From Tubiluchus corallicola (taxonomy: Eukaryota > Animalia > Priapulida), in NCBI GenBank assembly GCA_030141605.1, contig JAQGDQ010000123.1, positions 496,001 through 560,000 of the forward strand: DNA of 64,000 nucleotides. Direction: 5' to 3'. Of this stretch, positions 14,583 through 26,600 are shown piece after piece. Positions within the stretch are counted from its first letter, which is position 1, and every line of letters begins with the position of its first letter. Below the pieces are notes generated by a model. That model did no database searches. It saw nothing but the letters and a program-made list of their open reading frames with translations, and had not been told where the DNA came from. The translations under genes and the position numbers were made by a program.

Positions 14583-15295
14583 CTAAATGAGTCTGGAGGG
14601 CTACTAAATGTGTCTAAGAAAAGTCTCACATACTAATATGTCTAGCACGGGTCTCCTATATTAAATGAGTCCATGAGGGATTACCCATACTAAATGAATC
14701 CAGGACGGGTCTCCGATACTAAAGGAGTCCAGGATGGATCTTCCAAACTAAATCAGCCCCGGTTTCTCATACTAAATGAATCCACGATGAGTCACTCATA
14801 CTAAATAAGTCCAGGATGAACCTCTCATACTAAATGAGTACAAAATGAGTCTCTTATGCCAAATGAGTCCAGGATTTCTCTTTCATATTAAATGAGTACA
14901 CGATAAGTCACTCATACTAAATGGGTACAAGATGAGGCTCTCATATTAAATGTGTCCTGGATAACTCTTTCACACTAAATAAATCCAGGATGAGTCTCTC
15001 ATACTAAGTGAGTCCAAGATGAGTTTTTGATACTAAATGAGTCGAGGATGAGTCTTTTATAATAAATTAGTCAAGGATGAGTCAGTCGAACTAAACGAGT
15101 CAAAGATGAGCGTTGCATACTAAATGAGTCCACGATAAGTCACTCATACTACATGAGTTCACGTGAGTCTCTCATACTAAATGAGTACAGGATGAGTCCT
15201 TCATACCAAATGAATCTAGGATGTTTTTTATGCTAATTGCGTCTAGGATGAGTCTCTCATACTAAATGAGTCCAGGATGGGTCAGTGATGATAAA
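14583..15295. repeat. 29-bp minisatellite, consensus ACTAAATGAGTCCAGGATGAGTCTCTCAT, about 24 copies
   Basis: ACTAAATGA-like anchors at 14771, 14800, 14829, 14858 and onward (period 29). Copies are more degenerate at the left edge. Confidence 0.92.
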
Positions 15296-16074
15296 TGGGA
15301 TTGAAAATGCGCCTTTTTGGCGATGTAGTGAGATGAGATTGTTATTTAATATGCAGTTATGGTCTTCTTGGTGTTTTGTTTTACAAATCCTTTTTACACG
15401 GGACATGTAAAAAGTGGGACATTGAACAGGAATTAGTGCTAATGTGAAAGGCTTATTATCTCTTAAAAAGTCCTCGGTTTTTTTTTACTTTTTCAATTTC
15501 ATTTTTCGTTTATTATTAAGTATAGTTAAAATATCCGTATCTAGTTTATAAAGAATTATCAGGAAATTACTTGATTTATTTTTTCTTTGGTATCAAGGAA
15601 CTTAGAAAGTTGTATTCTACAAATACATGTTTTTGGGAATTCGGCCAGGTGCGGCAGCAAACCATTTCCAGGCTTCAGCTCTAGACATCCGGGTACATCA
15701 CACCACTGAAGTTTTTTGTACACTTTTCACAATCACGTAACAGATCGCACAAGTTTGTAGAAGGAATAAATCACCAGAAGAAGGTGATTTTCCTTGCTTC
15801 ACAAAGAGTCTGACACGTCTTAATTTACAGCCGGTTGAGTTTCTGTTGCTGAAGCCAAAGCTAAGCTTCCATTCATCATTTTATATTCTATGAACTACCC
15901 GCAGTTAACCAGGATAAAAGAAGCCAAGTAAAATAATGTAAGGAAAGCCGTGCAGTGATTGCAATAATTAAAGATGTGTAATACAATGCCGAATGCGTGA
16001 CCGTGAACAAGCAGCACGTTCATGCACATAGAAGGGCTCGAAATAAATTGAATAGAAATCAGTAAAGTGCAGTC

Positions 16075-16460
16075 GTGTTAGGGTGTGCGATGATGCAAGC
16101 ATGATGTGGCGTGAGGACTGCAGCCAGATTAGGGTGGTGCAACAGTGCTGGGATGGTGCAATCGTATTGGGGTGGTGCGACAAAGCAATTGTGTTAAGTG
16201 GCGCAATGGTGCAATAGCCCTGAGAAGGTGCAACCATGGAATAGCATTGGAGTACGACAGGGAAATTATGGTGCGATGCACTGCAACCGTATTGGGAAAG
16301 TGTGACCATGTAATCTCGAAAGCACAACTGCGTTGGGGTGGTAGTGTAATCACTGCATTGAGTATTGGTGTCGCACCACCGAAATACACTTGCAACACAC
16401 TTGCACTATTGCGCTACCTCAATACCGTTGCGACTATTGCAAATGCTGCACTGTTATGTA
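16075..16460. repeat. Highly degenerate short-period repeat (GGTGCGA/GGTGCAA...GTATTG motifs)
   Basis: Recurrent GGTGCRA and GTATTG/GCATTG words explain the overlapping non-specific ORFs at 15968-16468. Confidence 0.45.
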
Positions 16461-17718
16461 CGTCGTAAACACAACACTCTTCAAAACACCTATGTTCGTT
16501 GAGTGGCAATTAAGGAGATAAAGGCAGATGTCACTGCTTATTTCTCTCGCGCAGTGACATTCATGTTCACATTAGATAGAGCGGTCCCAGCAAAAAGGAG
16601 GGGGCTCCTTCCTGTTAAATTTGGTTATGTAATTAGTCTTTTTAAAAATGCTATAGATAATGCAAAATTTACTAAAGTTGACTACGACTTTGACTTTTCA
16701 GCCTCATCAGGAACTAGCAGTTTAGGGCGAAATTTGAATACATTTTCGCAGAAATCTTTGTTTTGTTTTTAACATGTGTTCACGATGAACAGACAAACAG
16801 GCAGGTAATGATTGTTGCTGCAAATCTAATCTACTCCCCAATGCCATTAGTGAAGTGAAACGAACGTTCTTCAGTATAATCTTCTCCAAGTCTGATTTGA
16901 AAAAGTTATCATCAGTACAATGTTATAATGCTTTGAGTTTAACAAAAATAGTGTTACGGCATCTAACTTAACAAATGCTTATCGATTTGCCCTTTTCTCT
17001 GCATTATGTAATTTACACAGTTTGACAATGATATGGTTACACATAAAAAGAACTTTTACAAGGCAAACACGCCTGAGCTGTTTATAATTGATACAGGTTT
17101 GCTTTGTTTGTTCCAGAACAGGTGTTGTTCCTAATGGATATTCTCATGGAAGTTGACAGTGATGGTTAAATACAGAGAAACTAAACTGCAGTTTAAATTG
17201 GCGGAAAGGCCGAGCCTTCTGTGAAGTTAGGATTATCTCAATGCTTGCGAAAAATGTTAGAAGGATTTAGTCTATTCTTCCACTAATGGTCATTCATCGG
17301 TTGAAGAAAAGCAGCCCACTGTGAATTCTTGTCACATCATTGGTACTTATGGGAAGCCACAATGCGCTTACGGAAAGTCACGAAGTCCACCAGTTGTCAA
17401 CATTTGGGGATAGGACTTTCAGTGTTTGTGGAGCACATTTATGGAACTGGTTGCCTATGAATCTGAAATTGGCTACAAATGTTAAATAATTTAAGAAACT
17501 CACTTAAAACTCACCTGTTTCAGCAAGCATTTACGTAATTTTAACACTTTATCATTTTATGCTAGAACTTTTCACTAGTGTGATAACATAATTTTTACCG
17601 ATGATTTTTCTTGTGATAACTTAAAGTAATTTTCAGATTTTAAGTGATTTTCTTTTATTTCTGTACAGCACCACTGATAGTACAGTATGCCTATAAATAA
17701 TAAACTGTAAACTGTAAC

Positions 17719-17720
<2 letters not shown>

Positions 17721-17811
<91 letters not shown>
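17721..17811. repeat. (TAA)n(TTA)n palindromic microsatellite
   Basis: An AAT run switches to an ATT run at an AATT centre (17770-17773). Confidence 0.95.
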
Positions 17812-18761
17812 GTATCTGTGACAAATGTTCAAAGATTTTTAACAGTAATACACACTTAAAACTACATGTAATTTAAAGTCAACACTATTTATTCAGCATT
17901 CAGATTTCTCTCCACAACAGGACAAATTTATCTGTACTCTAACACATAATATTACTTCATAACAGTTACATATGACTTAAAAAGCAATATATACATGATA
18001 TTTAGTTCATAAGAAGAAATATACACAACTCTAAAGCAACGTTAATGAAAAAAACTTCAAGTTTGGAGTGACCTCTGTGTAACAGTTAAACAAAGTAGGG
18101 ACAGCAATACACAATTTTTTGGATTGCAAATAACAGAGATTCGCACATGCAGTTTTTCAGTCCACAAAGAGTGGTTCCACAGACCGATGCCATGTGATTC
18201 AACCGCCACTGAGTGGATCTGGTATAAAAAATCAATAATTCTTGCAGCTGAAATGCATTGATTTTAATTTTATTAAGTCCTTTGTGTTCACCATACCATT
18301 TTTTCGGGGGGTATGACGATAGCAGATGAGCAAATAACGTGCAAGTTTTTGGTGGAAAACTTTTGATTTTCGGCTAACTCATACCCAATATGAAATTCTG
18401 AGAAAAATCAGTGTTACGTAAACATATGTAATCATACTAACCATACTTCTCATCATTAATTCACAGCAATATTTCAGGTGTCGGACATAGAACTTAAACA
18501 AGATAGAGATACTGCACACATAGTTGCAATACTACTTACACAAGTTAAACAAGATTGGCTGTAAATTGATAAAAACACTTTTGTTTGAGCTTAGGGCTTC
18601 CAAGCTCACAATTGGTCAGAAAAAATTCTACATTTGATATATACCACATTTTAAAAATAATTATTTATGGTCCTTTGAAACTTAAGGTATGTTGAATATT
18701 TGCAAGACATATTTACCAATAATGAATTAAAGTTTTTACAAAGTAGTATAAACAGTTCTAT

Positions 18762-21700
18762 CTACTTCTTATATTCTATCCGTTCCACCTTTACTTCATC
18801 ACCAATGAGTTGATACACGTAAGTGACAACAGTCGAAGCTTGTATATCCATTAAAACAAATGACGGTGTTACTGTACTGAAATACAAATATAACTATAAT
18901 AGATATTTGTAAAATTTGTATGACTAAAGAAGTTAAATAAAATAGAGACAAAAAAAATTTTAGTGAAAGCCATTTGTAAGAACGGCAACACTTATGCAGC
19001 TAAGAAGACGATGTAAATCTTCTTTCAAGTTATTCTGCAGTGAACACTGACAAACTTTATGCATTCTTAAGGGTTTTAAGTAGCTTAATTTTTTGAAACG
19101 ACCGGAAATCTAAATTCAACAGCTACCAAAAAATTCATTCGACTTTCTCTTGTTACAAGGTCACAAACATACATGCGAAGTTACATATAATTTTGTACTA
19201 GCATGATTTTCGGCTCTCTTTTCGTGAATTTTAGGCTTTTTTTCCTCAGGCATAAATTGCCTTTTCAAATCGTGCGACGACTTTTGTGATACTTATGCAA
19301 CAGGGCATCAAAATGTTGAAAAATAGTAGCAAAGTCGACGTAGCATTCTCACAAGCATCTCAAAATGTTCTCCAAGTTTTCGCAAATTTTGAAAGAGTTG
19401 GCAAATGTCATAAATAATTGGCGACATATATACACAGGTTTGGAGCATGACCAGACAAAATAACGACACTTTGGAGAAATTTTGGAAAGGTGGAAAGTTT
19501 TGCAACTCAGTAACAAACCTTAAACATTTTAAAAAATCCTACCAAATTGCCTACGACCTTTTGGAGACATTAGCATGTTTGGCGACCATGTGGGAACTTT
19601 TGGCACTTCTGTTCAGTGACTGTTGGACTTAGAAATTTTCGGACAGTCGCCAAAGTTGCGAAAACTGTGAAACCTAGGCTTCAACAAAATAAAATTAGTT
19701 ACCTATCCGAGGGATTATATGCTCCTGTGGCAGTACCGGGGTTGATATAAAATTTGCCTTCATGTTCAAATGCCTCGAACTTGTGGGTGTGTCCGCTAAT
19801 TAAAATATCAACGTCAAGCTGTCTCTGTAAGAAAATTGATAATTAATATGGAAGTTCACAACGAATGGAACAAATGACAAGGTAAATAACTGCTACAGTT
19901 TAAAATGTTACTAGAAAGTCGTAAATTATTTCTTTCAGTAAAAGCGTACTATAGTTATACATGCAAGTCATTTTGTACACTTACTTTTATTAATGCTCGA
20001 GTATTCTTCAAAATATTAATAAGCCAATTAATTTGTTAACCAATTAATTAATCTAAGCAAGTAACTAATTAAAAAATTAGTGCTTTGTATTTAAAATTTT
20101 TGCAAAACCCACATTCTAACGATTACGATAGCATTAAGCACATTGCTAAGTATTCAAAACACGAATGTTTGAAAATCAAAAGTACATCATTTATATACAA
20201 TGTACTTTGCAATGTACAAATATATCTGTTGTACTGGACTTTTTCTATCATCATTATTACAGTTTTCTAGAAATATCTACCTTGGCTATTTTAAGTGTTT
20301 TCTGATGCCATCAGGGCTAATTCATTCAATCAAGAATCGATCTGACCAAAATTAAAACCTCATTGCTTTCCAAATAATAGGCTGATGCTATCACAAGTGA
20401 TAGACTAGTAACATATGCACTATATGCAGAAACAAAGTTTGTACAGAAGCCTACATATGTAGATCACTACTATGTATAATGCACATTTTGGGTGTAGTAT
20501 CAGGAACTACTTTAACTATAAATCTTAACAACCTTTGCAGCATATGCAGTTGTCCTCTTCTCTTCAGTGTATTATAAAATAATGTAATAAGGGCTTGAAA
20601 GATGCTATACCTACCAGGACAATATGTCACTCAATTTCTTAGTGCGTAGAATATCTTAAATTGCAATTAGCCTTTTCACAGTTTCAGCGATTGATGAAGA
20701 TTGTGAAACAGTCAAAGGGTAAGTGAACCTAACAAAGTTATCTGAACCAAACAACGCATTTGCTTACACTTGACAACACCTTGAGGCCCATGCTGTTGTA
20801 GCAGCAGTTCTTGGCATCAATATTTGTTTCCCTTATTTCATTAAACATGGATTGTTGCTGCTATTTTGTTAGGTGTTTTCATATAAGAATAAAATGCTAG
20901 TTTAAAACTATACACGTGTAGTATATAATAAAAATAACCATGTATTTCACCAGTTTCACCTACATATTGACACATGCATAAGGTCATGTGACCGTTGCAG
21001 TTAAGTAAGATGCTCTGGGTCCAGTTAACTTTTGATGTACAGTAACTGGGTGCGCACATAGCGAAACAGTGAAAAGGCTTATTGCCATGAACTAATTGAT
21101 ATGTAGCCGGGTTTGAGGTTAGAGGTGCTTGAAGCCCAAACCTTGATCAGGTTCCTCTCAATGACTTCAGATGTGGTGTGGTAGTGTGCGGTGTGGATAA
21201 GGTGTGTGGCTCAACGAGTTTGCAGTTGTTTTGATTCAATTACATTGAAAACCACTTAACTAGTATCATAATTGTATTGTTGTTATAATTATGAACAGCA
21301 ATTTATTATTTCAAAAATACCGAATGCATTGACTCATCAGTTCTTTAAGCAGATGATCCAGAAACATCATTTTTCTGCTCCTTGAAAACGGGTCCCTAAC
21401 AACTAAATTAACACCAAGCCAGGAATAAACAAACAAATGAAATGAATATAATTTTGGGTATAAATTTTAGTTTTATTCCTACCTGAATTATTGCTAAACT
21501 TTCTGTATCACCCCACGGCACGACTTGATGTCCATGACAGAGGCCAATCCTAAACTGACCTACAGTCACCACTTTCTGTTCAGGATAATTCAAATTCTGA
21601 AAAAAGATATTCGTCAAATTGTCACTATAGCTGGTTAAATAGTAATGACTTAGAGACTCTGAGATTAGAATATATAGATAATAAAACAGTACAGAAGACA

Positions 21701-22363
21701 GTAAAATAATGTTAGGCAAAAAGCTATACTGTTTGTTAATTCGCATCGTAAATTTCGAACATACCTCGTCAAAATCACCTCGTACTACATGAACATCACT
21801 AGCAAGTGTTTTCAAGTAATCAAAAGACTCCTTTGTGCACAGATTACCCGTGCAAAGAATGTGCTGAATCTTTCCAGGAACTAGTAGTTTCTTGAACTTT
21901 TGAGGTAGACTGTTGCATCGATGTGGAATGTGCAGGTCTCCTAATACCAACACCAACTGAAATGTTAAAAACACATTTTGCACCAGTAATAATAATAATT
22001 ATCATGTACTAATTATTATAATATTAATAATAATTATTATGTAAGAAGAATAGTGGTACTGTTCTTCTGATCAAAAAAGAACTCACTGCACACAAGTTCA
22101 TCTGGAAAGTATTGACTCTGTGTGAATGTACTTAAATTACATCACAGATAAAACTGAGAACTTGAGTGATTTACCATCTTAGTGGTGCTAACGGTAAATA
22201 ACATCTGTGGCTAATCTCAAGATTTTTATGTATCACTACTAGCTGGTGCTAAAAAAGGCCGCGGGCGATAGTACTTTTAATATAATTTTTTTAGAAAATA
22301 AGGCACATGTGAACAAAATATAATTAAAACAGGCGAATTATCTAACTAAAATAAACTCACCAT
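18762..22363 (-). CDS. VPS29: Vacuolar protein sorting-associated protein 29 (retromer/retriever subunit), 5 coding exons, 181 aa
   Basis: Exons (minus): 22361-22363 (ATG|gtgagt), 21765-21956 ([43 protein letters not shown]...GDFDE), 21483-21596 ([30 protein letters not shown]...), 19703-19824 ([36 protein letters not shown]), 18762-18876 ([34 protein letters not shown]). All introns are GT-AG, phases are consistent and the total is 546 nt. A minus-strand AATAAA lies at 17888-17893. Confidence 0.98.
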
Positions 22364-23633
22364 AATTAAAAACGTTATAACGTTCAGTCGGTAGAGAACA
22401 CGTTATGCTGTATGAAAACACCCACGTCTAACGTAACAGTGTTGCCGTCAAAATATCGTTTTCTCGCCAAATCATAACTAAAACGTCGCCAAGTTTGGCC
22501 AAAATTTGGCCAAAATTTTAAACAATCATAAAAACTTTCAATATAAAAAACAACATATTAATTTCTTCGTGTCTTTTTCTGCGTAATATTTGTGCAGACT
22601 GCGTTACAAAAAATAATGAAATAGTTAAATAAAAAAAATTGATAAAAGACAGACGTGCTGTATATACCTATTGAAGCTGCAGCAAAATTAAATATTGAAA
22701 GAATACTGACTTCAATATTAATTGATTATTAACATTTTCATTCATTGAATTTCTATTTCGAACGGAAATATTCATAAATTATTTCTATTAAAACACTTGG
22801 ATTGCAACAACTTAACTGTTTTACAGCAGATATATAATATAGCTGGTGTATCCTGTATGTCAACGACAGTGAACATCTCATCTGATGTCGGAATGATTTA
22901 TGTAGTAAACGATCCAAATCTAGATGCCAACTTTTCTGTTTGAGAATTAACTGAAACTATAAATAGATTATTTTAGAGTCTGTACTATATTTATTGCCCC
23001 CAGTAGGCATCGTTCAATATGCAATAGCATACATTCCTAAAGTGAATCGTAATTATGTGTAACAGAGTTCTAAAATTAAGGTAGATAGGTTGCACTAGAT
23101 TATTAATGTTCTGTGTCTATCTGACAGATAGTGTAGACACAAAGGAAACAACAATTGAGTTGCATTACTTTTTTATTCGTACTGAATTGTTATACAATTG
23201 AGCCAAAGTAAAATTTATTTCACTCTAACTTAGTCGAACTCAAGTTTCGAATAGCTTCTTTCTCAAAATGTATTATAGCCTTAACCTCCTAACTCTAGCA
23301 ATTAATAAAAATCAATAGAATCGAACAATCAATTAAATAGCGCTAAAAGAGGCTAATTACCTAATATTACCTACTTGGCAATACTTGAAGAAAGTTGTGA
23401 AATTGAACTATAGATGGCGCAAACGTTGCAAACACAGAGCTCATTGCTCACTGGGTACAGTACGATTATCGTACACTTTATTGATTTAGAAATTTGTCAG
23501 TGTATGTCTTTACGTCGTGTCTTGTTGTCAATAATTACATCGTTTTCTTGTGTACTTTAGCAAAAGTTTTATGTAATTAATCCATTATCTGGGATCTTCT
23601 GGTGTTGTGTGTATCTTGCTGTATGCGACAAAA
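22364..23633. promoter_or_regulatory. Putative bidirectional promoter region between VPS29 and the SEC14-like gene
   Basis: Divergent start codons 1.27 kb apart. Tandem TTTGGCCAAA palindromes at ~22494-22516 and a YY1-like AGATGGCG at ~23412. Inferred from geometry only. Confidence 0.5.
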
Positions 23634-26600
23634 ATGAGTGGTTATTTTGGGGACTTAAGTCCTACTCAATCTGAAACTTTAGCGGAGGTATTCGTTCAAT
23701 TTTTCTTTTTCAGTGCACGATTATTAATTTACACCGCCAGGTAGATACTATCAGTTATTATTTTACACCGCCAGGTGTTTGTAAATTATGTAGCTATCGC
23801 GCGGACGCTACAATATTGTCAATAATTATGTTTTAGGCTACAGTTCTATGTGGTATTGGTGCTAACACCTAGTAATAGCGGTTTATGGGATGTGTGTGTG
23901 TTTCACATTATACAATTCGTCATTTGGTTCGCCAAGTAGCTGAAAATATAATTTATTTTAAAATGTTCCGTAAAACATTAACTAATTTAAGAAATTAATT
24001 AAAATGCCAAAAATAAGCTACTGTCTAGCAGTATATAAGAAAGTCTGACCTTGGTAGAGAGGTGTGGGCAATATGATTGTCAACACGTAAAACACTTTTT
24101 AGAGAATTTGCATTTAAACTTGAAATTCGCTAATATAGAAAGTGTCGTCTAATTTGTCAATCATTATGTCAATCATTTTCGTTGACTGTCCAATCAGCGT
24201 GCAAGTTATTTCACGCACCTGCAGAGCTTAATTAACGCAGGTACGTTCAGGACATTTAACCACAGCACTGTCTAACACTGTTATGAAAAATGCTCAACTT
24301 TTCATTAAGTGGGAGAAATATTGGCCTGGTTCTAAGTGTTATTATTGTCAATTGAAATTGCAAGTGAATTAGTGGAAATATATAGTCTAGTTTCATTTAT
24401 AGGAAGAAATGCACAACGCTTACGTCTGTGAGTTGTTGATTAAATCATTTTGCAATGAAGAAAATATGCAGTTTAGTTTAGTTTATGGCTTTGCAAGTTA
24501 GATAAAAACAACTATTTGATTAACTATAAATAAAGGCAAAACAAAATGTTCTCTTTTCTGGCCAGTTTTTATAAACCTCAATGAGATCGTCACACTCAAA
24601 ATTAATTTAAATGTGGTCAAAACCTATATTATACATCAATGTAATATTAGTTAATTTTACGCTATTTTTCTGGTTGTAATCATGGTTAAAAGATGCCATT
24701 GGGACTCATGTAACTCGGACATTCAATATAAGGGTCGTCGATGGAATGGAATAATCAAATTTATTCTATTTCTGTAGCCTAACAAACGGAAAAATACAAA
24801 AACTGAATAAATCTTGCAGATGAGCACATGATCAGTTAATATAGAAAAATACATCGCAGGCATGATGGTATTCAAAGGCAAGAGAGACTTTTAATATTTT
24901 TGTTGCTCATTTATTTTAAAGCCATGCTAGCTGGCTTAGTCTCTTTATTATACTTATGTCTCTGTGTTTTGTAGTGCTTTAGAACTTCGTCTCTACATTC
25001 TGTTTAAATTTAAAAGTCATTTCCTTGGCTACTTGAAGTGTTAATTTTGTGTTAAAATAGCTGCTGCTTTGCAAATTTGTGTTTATGAAAAAGAGCAATC
25101 AGTTTATCTGCTGATTAGACATTAGTTGTGACTGTCACGTTGTTCAGGTCAGTTTAGTTTAGTTTAGACAGTTGTTATCCAGCGTGAGCTGTTTTTCCAA
25201 ATGCCGCTGAGCGTGCTTACGTTACAGCGGAGGCAGAGCGATAGACCAATATGTTTGACGTCAATTGTGAAGGTGTACCGATTGTCCTACTATAGCGAGA
25301 TGTTGTGAAAATATTTTGCATAGCGAGAAATATAGTAAGTTCTCGCTTAACAACCACTAATTTGGATTAATGTGTTCCAGTAAAAACACGAAGTTAGGCA
25401 AAACGTCTTTAAATGATGCATATCTTCTATAGAAAGTAATGTAAAAGTGTTGAGATATATTCAATGGAGAAAATTAATGAGGCTTAACTCAGGTAAGTTA
25501 AACGTTTTGAGTTTTATGAGTTTTTGACTTTTCTGAAAATTTTCATAAAGACGCTAGTTGCTATAGCTACAGGTTGTAGGCAGAATTCCTGTGCATAAAG
25601 TTTCACACAGGTGCCTGGAGACGTAACTGTAGGTAAAAATGGTTTTAACATTTGGCAGCGTGTTGGGAAGCAAAAGCAAATAATATTGTGCTATTGTACT
25701 TTACTAGCTGTGTTTTAGAATAAAGATTTAAAAGTTTTAGATTTAAAACTACAAAGTTGATATGATGCACATCTATGACATTATTTGATACTTTTCACCT
25801 TCTTTGGCTTTTATGGATTTTTTAGATGCCTCTATTTTTGTGCTCGATTTTCATTTAGTTAGTGTATTTTCTTATCATAACAGCACTTGCTTATGCCACT
25901 GGCATAAATTTGGAGTTTAACCTTTTAGTCTGTGCTGCTGTGTCAACAAATCAGTTGCTATTAATTTGCATTGACATTCTTAATCTTGATCGGGAGATAC
26001 TGATGGTGTCTGAAAGTGCGAAAATCTTGCATGTGATTATGACCAAAGATCAACAAGTTCTTCTTTGACGTTCTTAAGCTGCTAACAGCCTAAATACATG
26101 ACACAGGAAGTGGTTTAGAACAATGCATGTGTTTGAATTGTCATTGCAAATATATTTACAAACAGTAGTACCACAGTTGCATAATAGCATTATAACTTTT
26201 ATAATTTTCATTACAGTAGAGATTTTAATAACAAATAATGATGAAAAATTTCCTGAAATGCAAAATATATGCAGGTAAATGATGAGGGAAATGTGGTTAC
26301 TAATCGTATGACGAGCATTAGGTGATTCATGTGTCAAATTATCAGTTACTCTAAGAGATAATCAAATCTAAAGCGTAACTTTGTTTTTGTGTTGGAAAAG
26401 CAACATGTTGTGATAAACCAAAAGAATCTTTAAAAAAATACAAAGGTAGCAGCAGTTTTGCCATTTGTACAATCAACATGAAAGTTAAAATTGCCCACTA
26501 TTAAAGGTCTGCACTAGCTTTATGAAGAAGGTGGGAAAACTCGTCAAAAATCAGAGTAGGTGAATATCTGGTATAAGTTAGATGTCCATAATCTAGATAC

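Noticed and set aside
21170-21260. tRNA or tRNA-derived SINE head in VPS29 intron 3
   Set aside because: Only vague A/B-box resemblance and no cloverleaf.
21408-21983. 191-aa ORF resembling a full VPS29
   Set aside because: It is exons 2 and 3 read through a stop-free 168-nt intron. The real gene is the spliced 5-exon model.
25464-25498. Strong CAG|GTAAGT donor in SEC14-like intron 1 as an alternative coding first exon
   Set aside because: There is an in-frame TGA five codons upstream for phase-0 joining to exon 2. A non-coding exon is possible but unsupported without RNA data.
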